From NCBI GenBank assembly GCA_020072565.1, contig JAIQGI010000010.1, positions 64,592-128,591 of the forward strand: 64,000 nt of DNA, given 5' to 3'. The first letter of the stretch is position 1. Every line of letters begins with the position of its first letter. Source of the DNA: Terriglobia bacterium. Lineage in GTDB: Bacteria; Acidobacteriota; UBA6911. A program made the position numbers and the translations under genes. This document shows positions 38,373 to 48,413 of this stretch, piece after piece. Below the pieces are notes generated by a model. It saw only the letters and a list, made by a program, of their open reading frames with translations. It had not been told where the DNA came from and did not search any database.

Positions 38373-39797
38373 ATGTGGAAACCTCGATATGCAATTTTTT
38401 TATTCCTGGTAATAGCCGGCTCATTCCTTGCCGGTACATGGTATTCAAAGCACTCCGCCGGTGCCAATCCAGCAGCGGCCGGCCGCCGGATCCTGTACTA
38501 TCACGACCCCATGCATCCTGCATACAAGTCCGACAAACCGGGGATCGCTCCCGACTGCGGCATGCAGCTCGAGCCGGTCTATGCGGACGATGCCGGCTCG
38601 AGGGAGGGAACCGAGGAAAGCATCTCGCCGCCGGGGACCATCCAGGTTAGCCCGGAAAGGCAACAGCTGATCGGCGTAAAGCTGGCCACCGTCAAGATGG
38701 CAGCCGGGAGCCAAAGCATCAGAGTCCTGGGGCGGGTCGTACCCGACGAAACCCGCATCTACCGCATCAATGCGGCCGTGGACGGGTGGGTGCGGGAGAC
38801 CCTTCCCGTCACTACCGGCAGCCTGGTCAAGAAGGACCAGGTGCTGGCCAACATTTATGCGCCGGAGTCTTTCTCGGCGATGAAGGCCTATCTTTATGGT
38901 TTGAGCTCGCTCGACCGGTTTCAGGCCAGTGCCAAGGAGACCAAAGAGCAGCTCGATCTGACCGATGCTACTATCGAGGGGTACCGGAACGCCCTCCGTA
39001 ACCTGGGTATGAGCGACTGCCAGCTGGATGAGATCAGGCACACCAGGGAAGGCTCCAGCATCATCGAAATCAGGGCAACCGCGGCGGGCTTCATCATTGC
39101 CAGGAACATCACTCTCGGGCAGCGCTTCGAGAAGGGAACGGAGCTTTACAGGATCGCCGATCTGAGTCACGTATGGATCGTCGCGGACGTCTTCGGATGC
39201 GAGGCGCAATCTTTCAAGCACGGGTCGACCGTAAGAGTAAATCTTCCTGATCAGGGGCTGAGCTTCCGTGCCAGCGTCAGCGATGTCCTGCCGCAATTTG
39301 ATCCGGCTTCACGCACCAATAAGATTCGTCTCGAGACCGATAATCCAGGTTATGCGCTTCGGCCCGATATGTTCGTCGACATCGAGGTTCCAGTCCGCCT
39401 GCCCGAAGCGATTACCGTTCCGGGGGATGCGCTTCTCGATACCGGCCTTCATAAGACGGTGTTCGTGGCCCGCGGAAATGGCGTATTCGAACCACGTCGC
39501 GTCGAGACCGGTTGGCGCCTTGGCGACAATGTCGAAATTGTCAGCGGGCTCAAGCCGGGCGAGCGCGTCGCGGTCTCGGGAACCTTCCTGATCGACTCCG
39601 AAAGCCGCATGAAGGCTGCCGCGGCAGGCATCTACGGCGAACCGGCCACAGATCCGGTGTGCGGGATGAATGTCCGCGAGCACAAGGCGACGGCCGCCGG
39701 CAAAACCAGTGCCCATGGCGGCCGCACCTACTACTTCTGTTCCGACGACTGCAAACAGAAATTCGATAAGAATCCCGAGAAATACATCAGGAAATAA
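38373..39797 (+). CDS. CusB-like RND-efflux membrane fusion protein with N-terminal metal-binding motif and C-terminal YHS domain
   Basis: N-terminal TM anchor (MWKPRYAIFLFLVIAGSFLAG). YYHDPMHPAYKSDKPGIAPDCGMQL metal-binding segment typical of CusB/SilB. Barrel-sandwich/beta-barrel MFP core. C-terminal YHS/TRASH-like DPVCGMNV...YYFCSDDCKQKFDKNPEKY. No CusA/RND pump gene adjacent. Confidence 0.8.
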   Translation: MWKPRYAIFLFLVIAGSFLAGTWYSKHSAGANPAAAGRRILYYHDPMHPAYKSDKPGIAPDCGMQLEPVYADDAGSREGTEESISPPGTIQVSPERQQLIGVKLATVKMAAGSQSIRVLGRVVPDETRIYRINAAVDGWVRETLPVTTGSLVKKDQVLANIYAPESFSAMKAYLYGLSSLDRFQASAKETKEQLDLTDATIEGYRNALRNLGMSDCQLDEIRHTREGSSIIEIRATAAGFIIARNITLGQRFEKGTELYRIADLSHVWIVADVFGCEAQSFKHGSTVRVNLPDQGLSFRASVSDVLPQFDPASRTNKIRLETDNPGYALRPDMFVDIEVPVRLPEAITVPGDALLDTGLHKTVFVARGNGVFEPRRVETGWRLGDNVEIVSGLKPGERVAVSGTFLIDSESRMKAAAAGIYGEPATDPVCGMNVREHKATAAGKTSAHGGRTYYFCSDDCKQKFDKNPEKYIRK

Positions 39798-39803
39798 ATA
39801 GCA

Positions 39804-39861
39804 GCCACGAAAAGCACAAACGGCACGAATTCTTTGGATTTGAATCCGTGTCATTCGTGGC
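39804..39861. repeat. post-stop motif copy C (GCCACGAAAAGCAC...GTGTCATTCGTGGC), extended imperfect hairpin
   Basis: Outer arms GCCACGAA (39804-39811) / TTCGTGGC (39854-39861); inner arms CACGAATTC / GAATCCGTG. Begins 7 nt after the CusB-like stop. Confidence 0.45.
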
Positions 39862-40379
39862 GATGCTTCTTCACAGAGCTGGTAATGGGACGCCGTGGCA
39901 GCGAATCAGCGCCTATTTCACGCGCACCGAGACCGAGTTCGAGGGCGCAGACTCTCCTGTAACAGAGGCATGGATGCATAAAGCCTGGCGCCCCCTGCTC
40001 ATTCGTACTCCTCACTGATGTTATAGAATGGCTCCAAACAACTGGCGCGATAAATCAGTCTCACCGCACCGAAATGGCCTCGATCCAAGGAAGTAGTTGC
40101 CCGTAAAGGAGGAACCATGAGAGCATGTACCACACGAGCACTCGGGATTGTCGCGATCGCGGTCGGATTTCCGGCCGCCCGGATGTTGTCTATCCCCTGA
40201 ACGCCGTCGAAACGATAGTTTCGCTGGCGGCTTTCGAGCGGCTAGGATGCAGGAACACTCGAAATCCGTATCAATGGATCATTGGAGTCACTTGTTCGCT
40301 GGCCGCAAATCGCAGGCAGAATTGTGCGCTGATCACGTGGAGCGGGAGTTCGGGATTCGTCATTCGAGAGATTAAGGCA

Positions 40380-43019
40380 ATGATCGGCCAAACCATCGGA
40401 CATTACCTTGTCGTCGAGGAACTGGGTGCCGGCGGCATGGGTGCGGTCTACCTGGCGCGGGACACGCGCCTTGAACGCCCGGTGGCACTGAAGATCCTGT
40501 CCAAAGCGCTGCCCGCCAATGACGAAGTCCTTGGGCGATTCAAGCGCGAAGCGAAGGCGGCATCGGCCCTGAACCACCCGAATATCTGCACCGTCTACGA
40601 CATTGGCGAGCATGAAGGACGCCCGTTTATCGTTATGGAACTGCTCGAGGGCGGAACGCTGGCAGGTCCGGAGTTTGCCGGTCCTATGCCGCAAGAGCAG
40701 GTGATCAAGATCGGCATGCAGATTGCCGACGCGCTCGAAGCAGCCCACGCCAAGGGAATAATTCACCGTGACATCAAGCCCGCCAATATTTATGTAACGC
40801 GACGCGGTCAGATAAAACTGCTCGACTTCGGGCTGGTCAAGCTCGCCTCACCTTGCGATCCCGCTGCAGCTTTCGGATCGGCCACCCCCACGGCCGGAGC
40901 ACCGGAAGGAACGCTCACCAGTCCGGGGATGGCCGTCGGCACCGTCGCATACATGTCGCCCGAACAGGCTCGCGGGCTCAACGTGGATCAGCGTACCGAC
41001 CTGTTCTCCGCCGGCGCGGTGCTCTACCAGCTCGCTTCCGGCAAACATCCGTTTGCAGGAAACACTCCGGCAGTCACTTTCGATGCCATACTGAACTGGG
41101 ATCCGGCGGCATTAGAAACACTGAATCCTCAAATTCAGCCTGAGCTGGCGAAGGTTATTTACAAGGCCCTCGAGAAGGATCAGCGAAAGCGCTATCAGAG
41201 CGCTGCTGAGCTTTACCAGGACCTCTTAAGCATAGAGAGACGCTCGGGCGCAACCGCTGCCGGCGACATCTCTTTCCGCCGTACGCAGGTAAACCCGGTA
41301 AATAAGGTGCAGAAGAGACTGCGCTATTTTGCAGCAGGCACTGTCATCATTCTGGTTGCGGTGGTCATGATCTCATTTTTCACACGATGGCTGCCGGATC
41401 GTAGGACCACTGGGCGCGGGGGAAGACTTACGTTGTTCTATTCCTCCCTGGCTCCAACTCGTGACCCAGCAATTTCTCCTGACGGAAAGATGCTGGCTTT
41501 TGCCGCGGAAGAAAATGGCCGCGTGGATTTGTATGTAAGCAGGGTCGCGGGCGGGGCGCGAGTGCGTCTCACGGACGACGGCGCGCAGAAATCAGAACCG
41601 TCATTTTCCCCCGACGGAGAACTTGTCGCGTTCACTTGCCTGCCCAAGGGGAGCGAGGAATCCGAGATTTCCGTGATTCCCACTCTCGGGGGTGCACCGC
41701 GCGTCCTCATTCCCAATGCGAGGCAACCCGCATGGTCCCCAAGCGGCAAAAGGTTGGCTTTTATCCTGATGGCACCCGGCGAACCCACGGCCCTTGCCAC
41801 GGCGGCGCGCGATGGATCGGATATCCACATCATAATGCGAGGGGACGGAGACTACCCATTCCTGAAATCGCCTGCCTGGTCCCCCGACGAGACACAGCTG
41901 GCGGTAGTCCGCAGCCTCGGCGGAGTCTATGGAGAAATCTGGCTTGTGCCTGCCGGCGGCGGGCCCCCCCGACGAATATGCCAAGACCCCGCGGGAGTGA
42001 TCAGCGACGAACCGGTCTTTACATACGACGGTAAAGCCATAGTTCACGAATCCAATCGCGGCGGTGCGACGAATCTCTGGCAGGTGAATCTCGACGGGAG
42101 TTCGCCGGTTCAGCTCACGACGGGAGCGGGGCAGGACCGCTCTCCGACCCTGGCGCGCGATGGTACCATCGCGTTCCTCAATTCACGGACGCGCTCTGCC
42201 ATTTTAGTATGCGCATTGAAAGAGAACGAGCCCAGGGAGTTGTTGACATACTCGGAGATACTGTGGGCTCCTTCATTTTCCCCCGATGGCCTGGAAATCG
42301 CCTTCACTCGCTCCGAGTCGGACGGTTCGTGGCACATCTGGTCCATGCCTGTGTCAGGAGGCACGCCTCGCCAGATTACTTCAGGATCGCTGCCTGAAAT
42401 CTATCCCCGTTACACGGCCGATGGGAGCGCTCTGACCTACAACACCTGGAGTCCGGGACCCGATCGGATCTGGAAAGTCCCGCGCAACGGCGGCCCGTCC
42501 GTTGCCCTGACTCCGACACTGCAGGAAGACGATGCCTATGCGGACTTGTCGCCCGACGGGCAATGGATGGCATTCACCCGCACAGAGCAAAGAACTGCAC
42601 ACGTCTTTGTGACAGCGCTTTCCGGAGGCCCGGCGCGGCGCGTGACGAATTCGCCTTCAGCCGTGCCCCGATGGTCCCCTGACGGCCAACTGATCGCGTT
42701 CAGTCCAGACCGCGGGTATTCTGGTGGTATATTCGTAATTGCTCCGGACGGAACAGGCCAGCGCCGTGTCACCCGGAGCGGCGGCTGGCCGGTGTGGCTA
42801 CCCGACGGCAAATCGATCGGATTCGTGGCAGTGGGCCCTGATGGCAACCAACAGATCCGTTTTGTTCCGGCCGAGGGAGGCGACACGCGCGTCCTTGTTC
42901 CGCTGAAACTGATCGGGACCAATAAGCCATTCGATGTTTCTCGGGATGGGAAGTGGCTTGTGACCACCAACAGCATTGATGTTTCTTCGGAGATCTGGCT
43001 CCTGAGCCGCGAGCAGTGA
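40380..43019 (+). CDS. Ser/Thr protein kinase fused to C-terminal TolB/PD40 beta-propeller repeats
   Basis: All Hanks subdomains ([33 protein letters not shown]), a TM segment ([19 protein letters not shown]), then repeated PD40-like units (SPDG..., WSPDG...). Start moved to ATG 40380. Confidence 0.85.
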   Translation: MIGQTIGHYLVVEELGAGGMGAVYLARDTRLERPVALKILSKALPANDEVLGRFKREAKAASALNHPNICTVYDIGEHEGRPFIVMELLEGGTLAGPEFAGPMPQEQVIKIGMQIADALEAAHAKGIIHRDIKPANIYVTRRGQIKLLDFGLVKLASPCDPAAAFGSATPTAGAPEGTLTSPGMAVGTVAYMSPEQARGLNVDQRTDLFSAGAVLYQLASGKHPFAGNTPAVTFDAILNWDPAALETLNPQIQPELAKVIYKALEKDQRKRYQSAAELYQDLLSIERRSGATAAGDISFRRTQVNPVNKVQKRLRYFAAGTVIILVAVVMISFFTRWLPDRRTTGRGGRLTLFYSSLAPTRDPAISPDGKMLAFAAEENGRVDLYVSRVAGGARVRLTDDGAQKSEPSFSPDGELVAFTCLPKGSEESEISVIPTLGGAPRVLIPNARQPAWSPSGKRLAFILMAPGEPTALATAARDGSDIHIIMRGDGDYPFLKSPAWSPDETQLAVVRSLGGVYGEIWLVPAGGGPPRRICQDPAGVISDEPVFTYDGKAIVHESNRGGATNLWQVNLDGSSPVQLTTGAGQDRSPTLARDGTIAFLNSRTRSAILVCALKENEPRELLTYSEILWAPSFSPDGLEIAFTRSESDGSWHIWSMPVSGGTPRQITSGSLPEIYPRYTADGSALTYNTWSPGPDRIWKVPRNGGPSVALTPTLQEDDAYADLSPDGQWMAFTRTEQRTAHVFVTALSGGPARRVTNSPSAVPRWSPDGQLIAFSPDRGYSGGIFVIAPDGTGQRRVTRSGGWPVWLPDGKSIGFVAVGPDGNQQIRFVPAEGGDTRVLVPLKLIGTNKPFDVSRDGKWLVTTNSIDVSSEIWLLSREQ

Positions 43020-43129
43020 TGCCGGTGCCGCTCAAGGCCTGCAACGCCTGCATCACTCCTTGCATGCTGGTTGAGTCATGGGGAACCCACAAATCCGGAA
43101 CCGGGAGTACAGCCCGGGGCGCTTTGGGG

Positions 43130-43690
43130 CTACTGTGGCGCGCTGCCGAGTCGAAGGTTGAGCCCGAAAGAGAGGCGCAGGCCCTTCTCCCATAGAGCCG
43201 GCGCGAAAGTGCTTCCCGGCATGCGTAATCCCGTGTAGTCAGCCTGGATGGCGCGCACGGCCAGCGGGCCCTTCAGCCTGACATCGATCCCACCTCCAAA
43301 CATCATTGCAGACCGGGTATCCGTCATGGCGTCGGCGAATACCAGAGTACCCAGGGTCTCGCGGTAAGAGTAATGATTGCGCGCGACCCCCAGCATCAGG
43401 TGAAGGAAGGGCGCCAGTTTTCCCGCATCCCTGCTCGTCACGCGGGGACCAGCCCAAAAGGTATAGATGTGCCTCTTCTGATTCCAGGTTAACCCGCTTC
43501 CCTTTTGCGTATCCGACCAATCGAACCGGCCGACATCCACGGCGATGCCGAGGAAGCGATTCAGGTTTTTAGCGCCGGATATATCATAGCCAAACCAATT
43601 GGCCCCTCCCAGGCGGGCGAAAGTACCGCCGCCGAAGAACTCATACTTCGGGAATTCCTGCGCGTAAGCTGAAAAGGGATTTACCGGCAA
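43130..43690 (-). CDS. outer-membrane beta-barrel (OmpA-like/OmpW-like) protein, apparently lacking start codon and signal peptide
   Basis: Alternating amphipathic strands and a C-terminal aromatic residue pattern typical of small OM beta-barrels. ORF begins at TTG; upstream in-frame sequence to the stop (RQAAGIFGTGYSTPKFLLLPVNPFSAYAQEF) contains no ATG/GTG, so no complete signal peptide can be formed. Confidence 0.4.
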   Translation of the reverse strand: MPVNPFSAYAQEFPKYEFFGGGTFARLGGANWFGYDISGAKNLNRFLGIAVDVGRFDWSDTQKGSGLTWNQKRHIYTFWAGPRVTSRDAGKLAPFLHLMLGVARNHYSYRETLGTLVFADAMTDTRSAMMFGGGIDVRLKGPLAVRAIQADYTGLRMPGSTFAPALWEKGLRLSFGLNLRLGSAPQ

Positions 43691-43749
43691 CAGCAGGAAT
43701 TTGGGAGTCGAGTAGCCAGTCCCAAAAATTCCCGCAGCTTGTCTTTACA

Positions 43750-44529
43750 GTGCGCTGCGAACTGGTCTATAAGGTTGTAAACCATCGGCAATCGAAGGGA
43801 GAATGGCACGTGAATGCGAAAGCGAGCACAAGTCTTGCGTGGATTCTTGGGGTGGTTCTCTGCGTTTTGTCAGTTGGCGGGTGCGCAAGCAGGCAACAGC
43901 TGTCCGATGAGCTGACGCAGCTGGCAGACAAGTACAAGACGGACAAGGGATCTCTTTTGCATCATTACACCGAAACCTACGAGCGCTTTTTTCTCCCCAT
44001 GAAGCGGTCGGCCCGAAAGATTGCCGAGATCGGAATTGGGGAAGGCGCATCGTTGAAGATGTTCGCAGATTATTTCCCGCAGGCCGTCATTTATGGACTC
44101 GATATCCTTGATGCATCCCATCTCAATTCAGGCAGAATCAAGACCTTCATCGCCGATCAATCCGACAGGAAACAGCTGGCGGCATTCATACATGTGAACG
44201 GGTCGGACTTCGATCTCATCCTCGATGACGGCGGCCACGCGATGCAGCAGCAACAGGTTAGTTTTGCATTCCTGTTCCCATATGTCCGGCCGGGCGGATA
44301 CTACATCATCGAGGATGTGCATACCTCTCTTCTCGACGGCTACGGAGCAGAACCGGCCCAGGGAAATACGACATTGACGATGATTGACCATTTCAATCGC
44401 ACCGGAAGGATCGAAAGCAGGTATATGACCGATGGCGAAAAACAGTATTTGAACGATAGCCTCAGCTATTGCTGCCTGGTAAGTAGAGATCAGGGTAGTT
44501 CAATGACCTGCATCTTTAAAAAAAGGTAG
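43750..44529 (+). CDS. class I SAM-dependent methyltransferase (CmcI/TylF-like) with a possible N-terminal lipoprotein signal
   Basis: YKTDKGS..HHYTE.YE..F motif and Rossmann-like EIGIGEGASLKMF...IYGLDI, ILDDGGH. Alternative GTG start at 43811 after an AAGGGAG SD gives MNAKASTSLAWILGVVLCVLSVGGC, a lipobox-like V-G-G-C. Confidence 0.6.
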   Translation: MRCELVYKVVNHRQSKGEWHVNAKASTSLAWILGVVLCVLSVGGCASRQQLSDELTQLADKYKTDKGSLLHHYTETYERFFLPMKRSARKIAEIGIGEGASLKMFADYFPQAVIYGLDILDASHLNSGRIKTFIADQSDRKQLAAFIHVNGSDFDLILDDGGHAMQQQQVSFAFLFPYVRPGGYYIIEDVHTSLLDGYGAEPAQGNTTLTMIDHFNRTGRIESRYMTDGEKQYLNDSLSYCCLVSRDQGSSMTCIFKKR

Positions 44530-44997
44530 GAACCCGGGGACGCTTATCCATTCTGCGTTTACCCATCGACTCGGGTTGTGTGACTTAAGCGGTAAGACAT
44601 GGGAGCGTCGCCAGCTTGCCCTCGTCATCGAAAGAATCCTGCGCCACCTCAAGCTCTGGCATCCACCCGAGCGTCTGCCGCCGCCCCGGGTTTCCACAAC
44701 GCTGGGAACGGATGCCGATTTTCTTGCCTGGGAGGCCGCCGGCCGGCTCTTTGATGCCCTCGACTGAAGCGCGCCATTCAAATCAGTACGTGGCCAGTCG
44801 CCCTCCCCTGCCGGACCGCCTTCGCGTCTTTGACCGCATTTGCCAATCGGTCGCCTTCGCTCACCCGTAAGGGACCCTGCTGAGTTCAAATGAAGCAGAA
44901 CGGCGCGCCGACCGAAACCGAACGGGCGGCGCCGGTCAGCGTTTTTCCGCGTTTAAAACTGCATTTTGGTTGCACATTCATGAACAATCCGGGCTAG

Positions 44998-45151
44998 GGG
45001 ACAGCCGCCATAACCTCGAAATTGGGGCGCGGGAACTCATGACGGTACGGCCGACCGGAGATGATGGTTCGAGCAATTCGCTGCATCATTGAGAGTGCTT
45101 CGCCAAGCTGCCGCCTCGGTGATGGAATTTCGAGGTTTTGGCGGCTGTCCC
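44998..45151. repeat. 26-bp near-perfect inverted repeat pair (GGGACAGCCGCCATAACCTCGAAATT / AATTTCGAGGTTTTGGCGGCTGTCCC) flanking about 100 nt; MITE-like or structured-RNA candidate
   Basis: Arms at 44998-45023 and 45126-45151 match at 25/26 positions as reverse complements. The element sits inside a roughly 1.2-kb stretch (44530-45770) with no convincing ORF. Confidence 0.55.
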
Positions 45152-45770
45152 TGAATTCCCTGCTGACCTCATTGCCTGACTGTTGTCGGCCCGCTTGCGA
45201 AGTGAACCAGTTAATCGCTCTGCGGTTTTGATTTTTCATCATTATTCTGCGATGGAAATGTGACCCTCGGACGGCCTCCCGGCATCTAAAACCATTGACG
45301 TTAGAATTTCTGTCATTTTGGTCCGGCGGCTGATCATTCTTCGTCACGACCACAGCTTTTGTCTTTCCTGTCCGCCGATTCCTGGGCTGGAGGCGAATGT
45401 GGGGTGGCGATTCCTGATCCAGCAGCCGAGTGAGGGCAAGACCCCGGCCAAACGATTGAACCAGAATTCCCTTTCTGAGAAACAGATCAGGGACGCTGGT
45501 CGGAAGATCATACATGCCGTTGCCGAAACGTTCGCCAGCCGACCAGATCCGGGAGAATCATCACGACACTGGACTACATCGCCACCGGAACCAGGGCCGG
45601 GCAGATGGCGGCCGACCGGGCGCCCGACGGTCCACCATGCTCGGTGATGCCCGATGCCGCAGTCAATGACATGGTGGGAGCAAGACACGGCATGTTTGTG
45701 ACAAACGTAGCGGAAGCAGTGCGAACAGAGAACGCCACCCATTTCGGATAATGAATCGGAGGAATGTGAG

Positions 45771-48149
45771 ATGCCTGCCTTCAAGAGGATTGCATCCAAA
45801 CGCAGTAATGAATCTCCTGGCAGCAACAGCTCTTCTGACCAACGCGCACCGGCATCGGGCTGCCGCTGGGTGCTGTGGGCGCTGTTGCTGTGGATCTTCC
45901 TTCCCGCCGTCCCGGCTTTGGCCCAGAATCCAGCGGATCTCAATGATTTCGCCGCATGGCAATTCATCCCCCGGACCTATCGTCCGCCTCTGGCTCAGAC
46001 GGGCATTGGTTTCTATTTCAGAACCAGCGCCTTGCGAGCGATTGGCGATCAGGCAAGGAGTCGCAGCCTGGACGTGGATCAGAAGCTTCAGTTAATGAAC
46101 GCCATCAGGTTTTCCTCAAGCAACGAATGGAGTACCCTTATTGACCAGACATGGGGTCCGGGTCTGCCCACGGATCAAAAACTCCAGATTTTTGATCAGT
46201 TCTGGCAGACCATCGATGAAAAGTTTGCCTGCTTTCACCATCTCTCAGTGGATTGGCATGCTCTGCGAGACAGATACCGCCCGGAGATCGCTGCCGGAGT
46301 CAGCCGAGGCCGTTTCGCTGCCATCATGAATCAGCTCTCTATCAGCCTTCAGGAATCCCATACCAGGGTCTCCGATCTGCTGGTAAATTATCAGACACAG
46401 CTGCCTCCCGGCACGCCCCTATTCTACATTGGCGGCTGGGGAAGTGACTCACACTTCGGCGCCGGGCTGACTCCTCTCAGTGACAAATCATTGCTGGTCT
46501 ATAACACGGCCAGTAACCAATCGTTGGGGCTGAAACCTGGAGACATCGTTCTTGGCTATGACGGCATCCGCTGGGGTGATCTCTATCCAGCGTTGCTGGC
46601 AGCGGAGTTGCCGGTGACCGGGTCCTGGTGGGGGAGCAGCCCTTCCGCCTTTGAACATTCATTGCTGATGAGTGCCGGAGATAACTGGCACCTGTTCGAT
46701 ACCATCGATATCCGGAAAAAGGATACCGGTGAAATCGTGCATCTGCCGACCAGTATGCTGGCAGGCCAAACCATGAACGTCTTTGCCACGGAGCAGCTGC
46801 CCGTCCCGGGAGTTCCCATGCTGACGGCAAACGATGTCAGCATTGGAAAATATGTGAGCTGGGGATACATCCAAAATACTAATGTCGGCTATATCTATGT
46901 CATGGGTTGGTCCGGAAATACCGTTGCCAATGATTTATACGCGGCAGTGCAGACGATTGTTAACAATCCCGGGACTGAAGGTTTGATCATTGATTTTCGG
47001 ACGAATTACGGGGGGAACATGTTCCTGATCGATCCAACGCTGCCGCTTTTGTTTAAGGATCGCATCAGCACCATTGGTTGGGCGCAGCGGGCCAACAGCA
47101 CTGATCATTATGCCATGGCCGAAAATTGGGCTACCGAACCTAGATACGACATTATCGGAAATCCGGACAACACATTTGACAAGCCAATCGCCGTGCTCGT
47201 GGGGCCTGGCGCCGTCAGCTCCGGAGACCAGAATGCGCTGCGGATGGCATTCCATCCGAGAGCCAAGTTATTTGGTCGCTCCACTGCTGCCGCCTTTAAT
47301 TCTCCAGTCACAGTATCGACTCTCGCGGGCTGGTACATGCGCAATGCCCCGAGCGATGCTTATCTGGTCTCTCGTAAAGGGCAGTATCTGACCCATGAAG
47401 AGTTAAAGGTGGACTTTCCGGTCTGGCTGGCACCCCACGACGTTGCTGAAGGGCGGGATACAGTGGCGTCCGCGGCATTGTCATGGATCAACTACCAGAA
47501 CACCGGATACGGCAATTGCGACCAGACCCGCTGGATCACGCATGTCACTCCCGTGGGCTCCGGGTTCACTACCCGATTCCTGATTAATAATCTAGCCGCT
47601 GATCCTGCAGTCGTGGAGATCCGACCGTATGACGAGAACGGCAATGCGCTCCTCAATCAGACGGTAGTGGTCCAGGGGAAGGGCTTGCAGGAGTTCTCAG
47701 CGGCTGAATTGTTTCCCGACCTGGCTGTCAGCCATTTCAGTATCTGCGGGCCGGACAGTAGTAGAGTGACCGCGACCTACAAGGTGGAAACCGGTGAAGG
47801 CCCCTCCGCACAGGTAAATGAAAACAGGGAATCGGGAACTGAGTACCTTGTTTATCCTGAAGAATGGAGCAAGATCGTGGACGGCGTTGCGATCATCAAT
47901 CCAAATTCAGAATCCGTAAAGATCACGGCCTCGCTTCTGACTCCGGAAGGAGTGGAAACACAGACAGTCACTCTTGCAGAGGATCTGAACCCTTACGCCA
48001 AGTATATCTCTCTGGTGGAAAATTTTTATCCGGAATACGGTGGTCGCATGCTTAAATTCACGGCTTCCCGCGCGGTCAATCTGCTCATGCTGCGCCTGAA
48101 CCAGGATGCCACCATCCTCTACCCGGTGAATGTGTTGAAGGAAAAATGA
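45771..48149 (+). CDS. S41-family (C-terminal processing/tail-specific-like) peptidase, secreted
   Basis: Signal peptide (WVLWALLLWIFLPAVPALAQNP). S41 core motif KPIAVLVGPGAVSSGDQNA. About 790 aa with extra beta-rich C-terminal domains. Confidence 0.6.
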   Translation: MPAFKRIASKRSNESPGSNSSSDQRAPASGCRWVLWALLLWIFLPAVPALAQNPADLNDFAAWQFIPRTYRPPLAQTGIGFYFRTSALRAIGDQARSRSLDVDQKLQLMNAIRFSSSNEWSTLIDQTWGPGLPTDQKLQIFDQFWQTIDEKFACFHHLSVDWHALRDRYRPEIAAGVSRGRFAAIMNQLSISLQESHTRVSDLLVNYQTQLPPGTPLFYIGGWGSDSHFGAGLTPLSDKSLLVYNTASNQSLGLKPGDIVLGYDGIRWGDLYPALLAAELPVTGSWWGSSPSAFEHSLLMSAGDNWHLFDTIDIRKKDTGEIVHLPTSMLAGQTMNVFATEQLPVPGVPMLTANDVSIGKYVSWGYIQNTNVGYIYVMGWSGNTVANDLYAAVQTIVNNPGTEGLIIDFRTNYGGNMFLIDPTLPLLFKDRISTIGWAQRANSTDHYAMAENWATEPRYDIIGNPDNTFDKPIAVLVGPGAVSSGDQNALRMAFHPRAKLFGRSTAAAFNSPVTVSTLAGWYMRNAPSDAYLVSRKGQYLTHEELKVDFPVWLAPHDVAEGRDTVASAALSWINYQNTGYGNCDQTRWITHVTPVGSGFTTRFLINNLAADPAVVEIRPYDENGNALLNQTVVVQGKGLQEFSAAELFPDLAVSHFSICGPDSSRVTATYKVETGEGPSAQVNENRESGTEYLVYPEEWSKIVDGVAIINPNSESVKITASLLTPEGVETQTVTLAEDLNPYAKYISLVENFYPEYGGRMLKFTASRAVNLLMLRLNQDATILYPVNVLKEK

Positions 48150-48413
48150 GACACGGGTAGTAGCAGGAACTCTCTTTCGGCCGAGAACACGCGCCCATCT
48201 CTTTGACGATAGCCGCCCAGTGGGCTGGAGCTTGCTTCAAGGGATTGAATCGAGTTGACATCTTGTCGTATCCGGCATCAAGCACACCATGATGCCTGAC
48301 TGCGGATCACCCCTTGGGTAAACGAATGTCACAATGGCGCTTCAGAAGCTCCAGATAGCGCGCGCCAAGAATCGCAGGGTAGTGGTCAAAAAGAAGAAAC
48401 AGCCAGGAAGCCG

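Noticed and set aside
44576-44767. 63-aa ORF (…LALVIERILRHLKLWHPPERL…) in the gene-free 44530-45770 stretch
   Set aside because: No start context, no family resemblance, Pro/Arg-rich. It could be a decayed gene fragment but cannot be supported.
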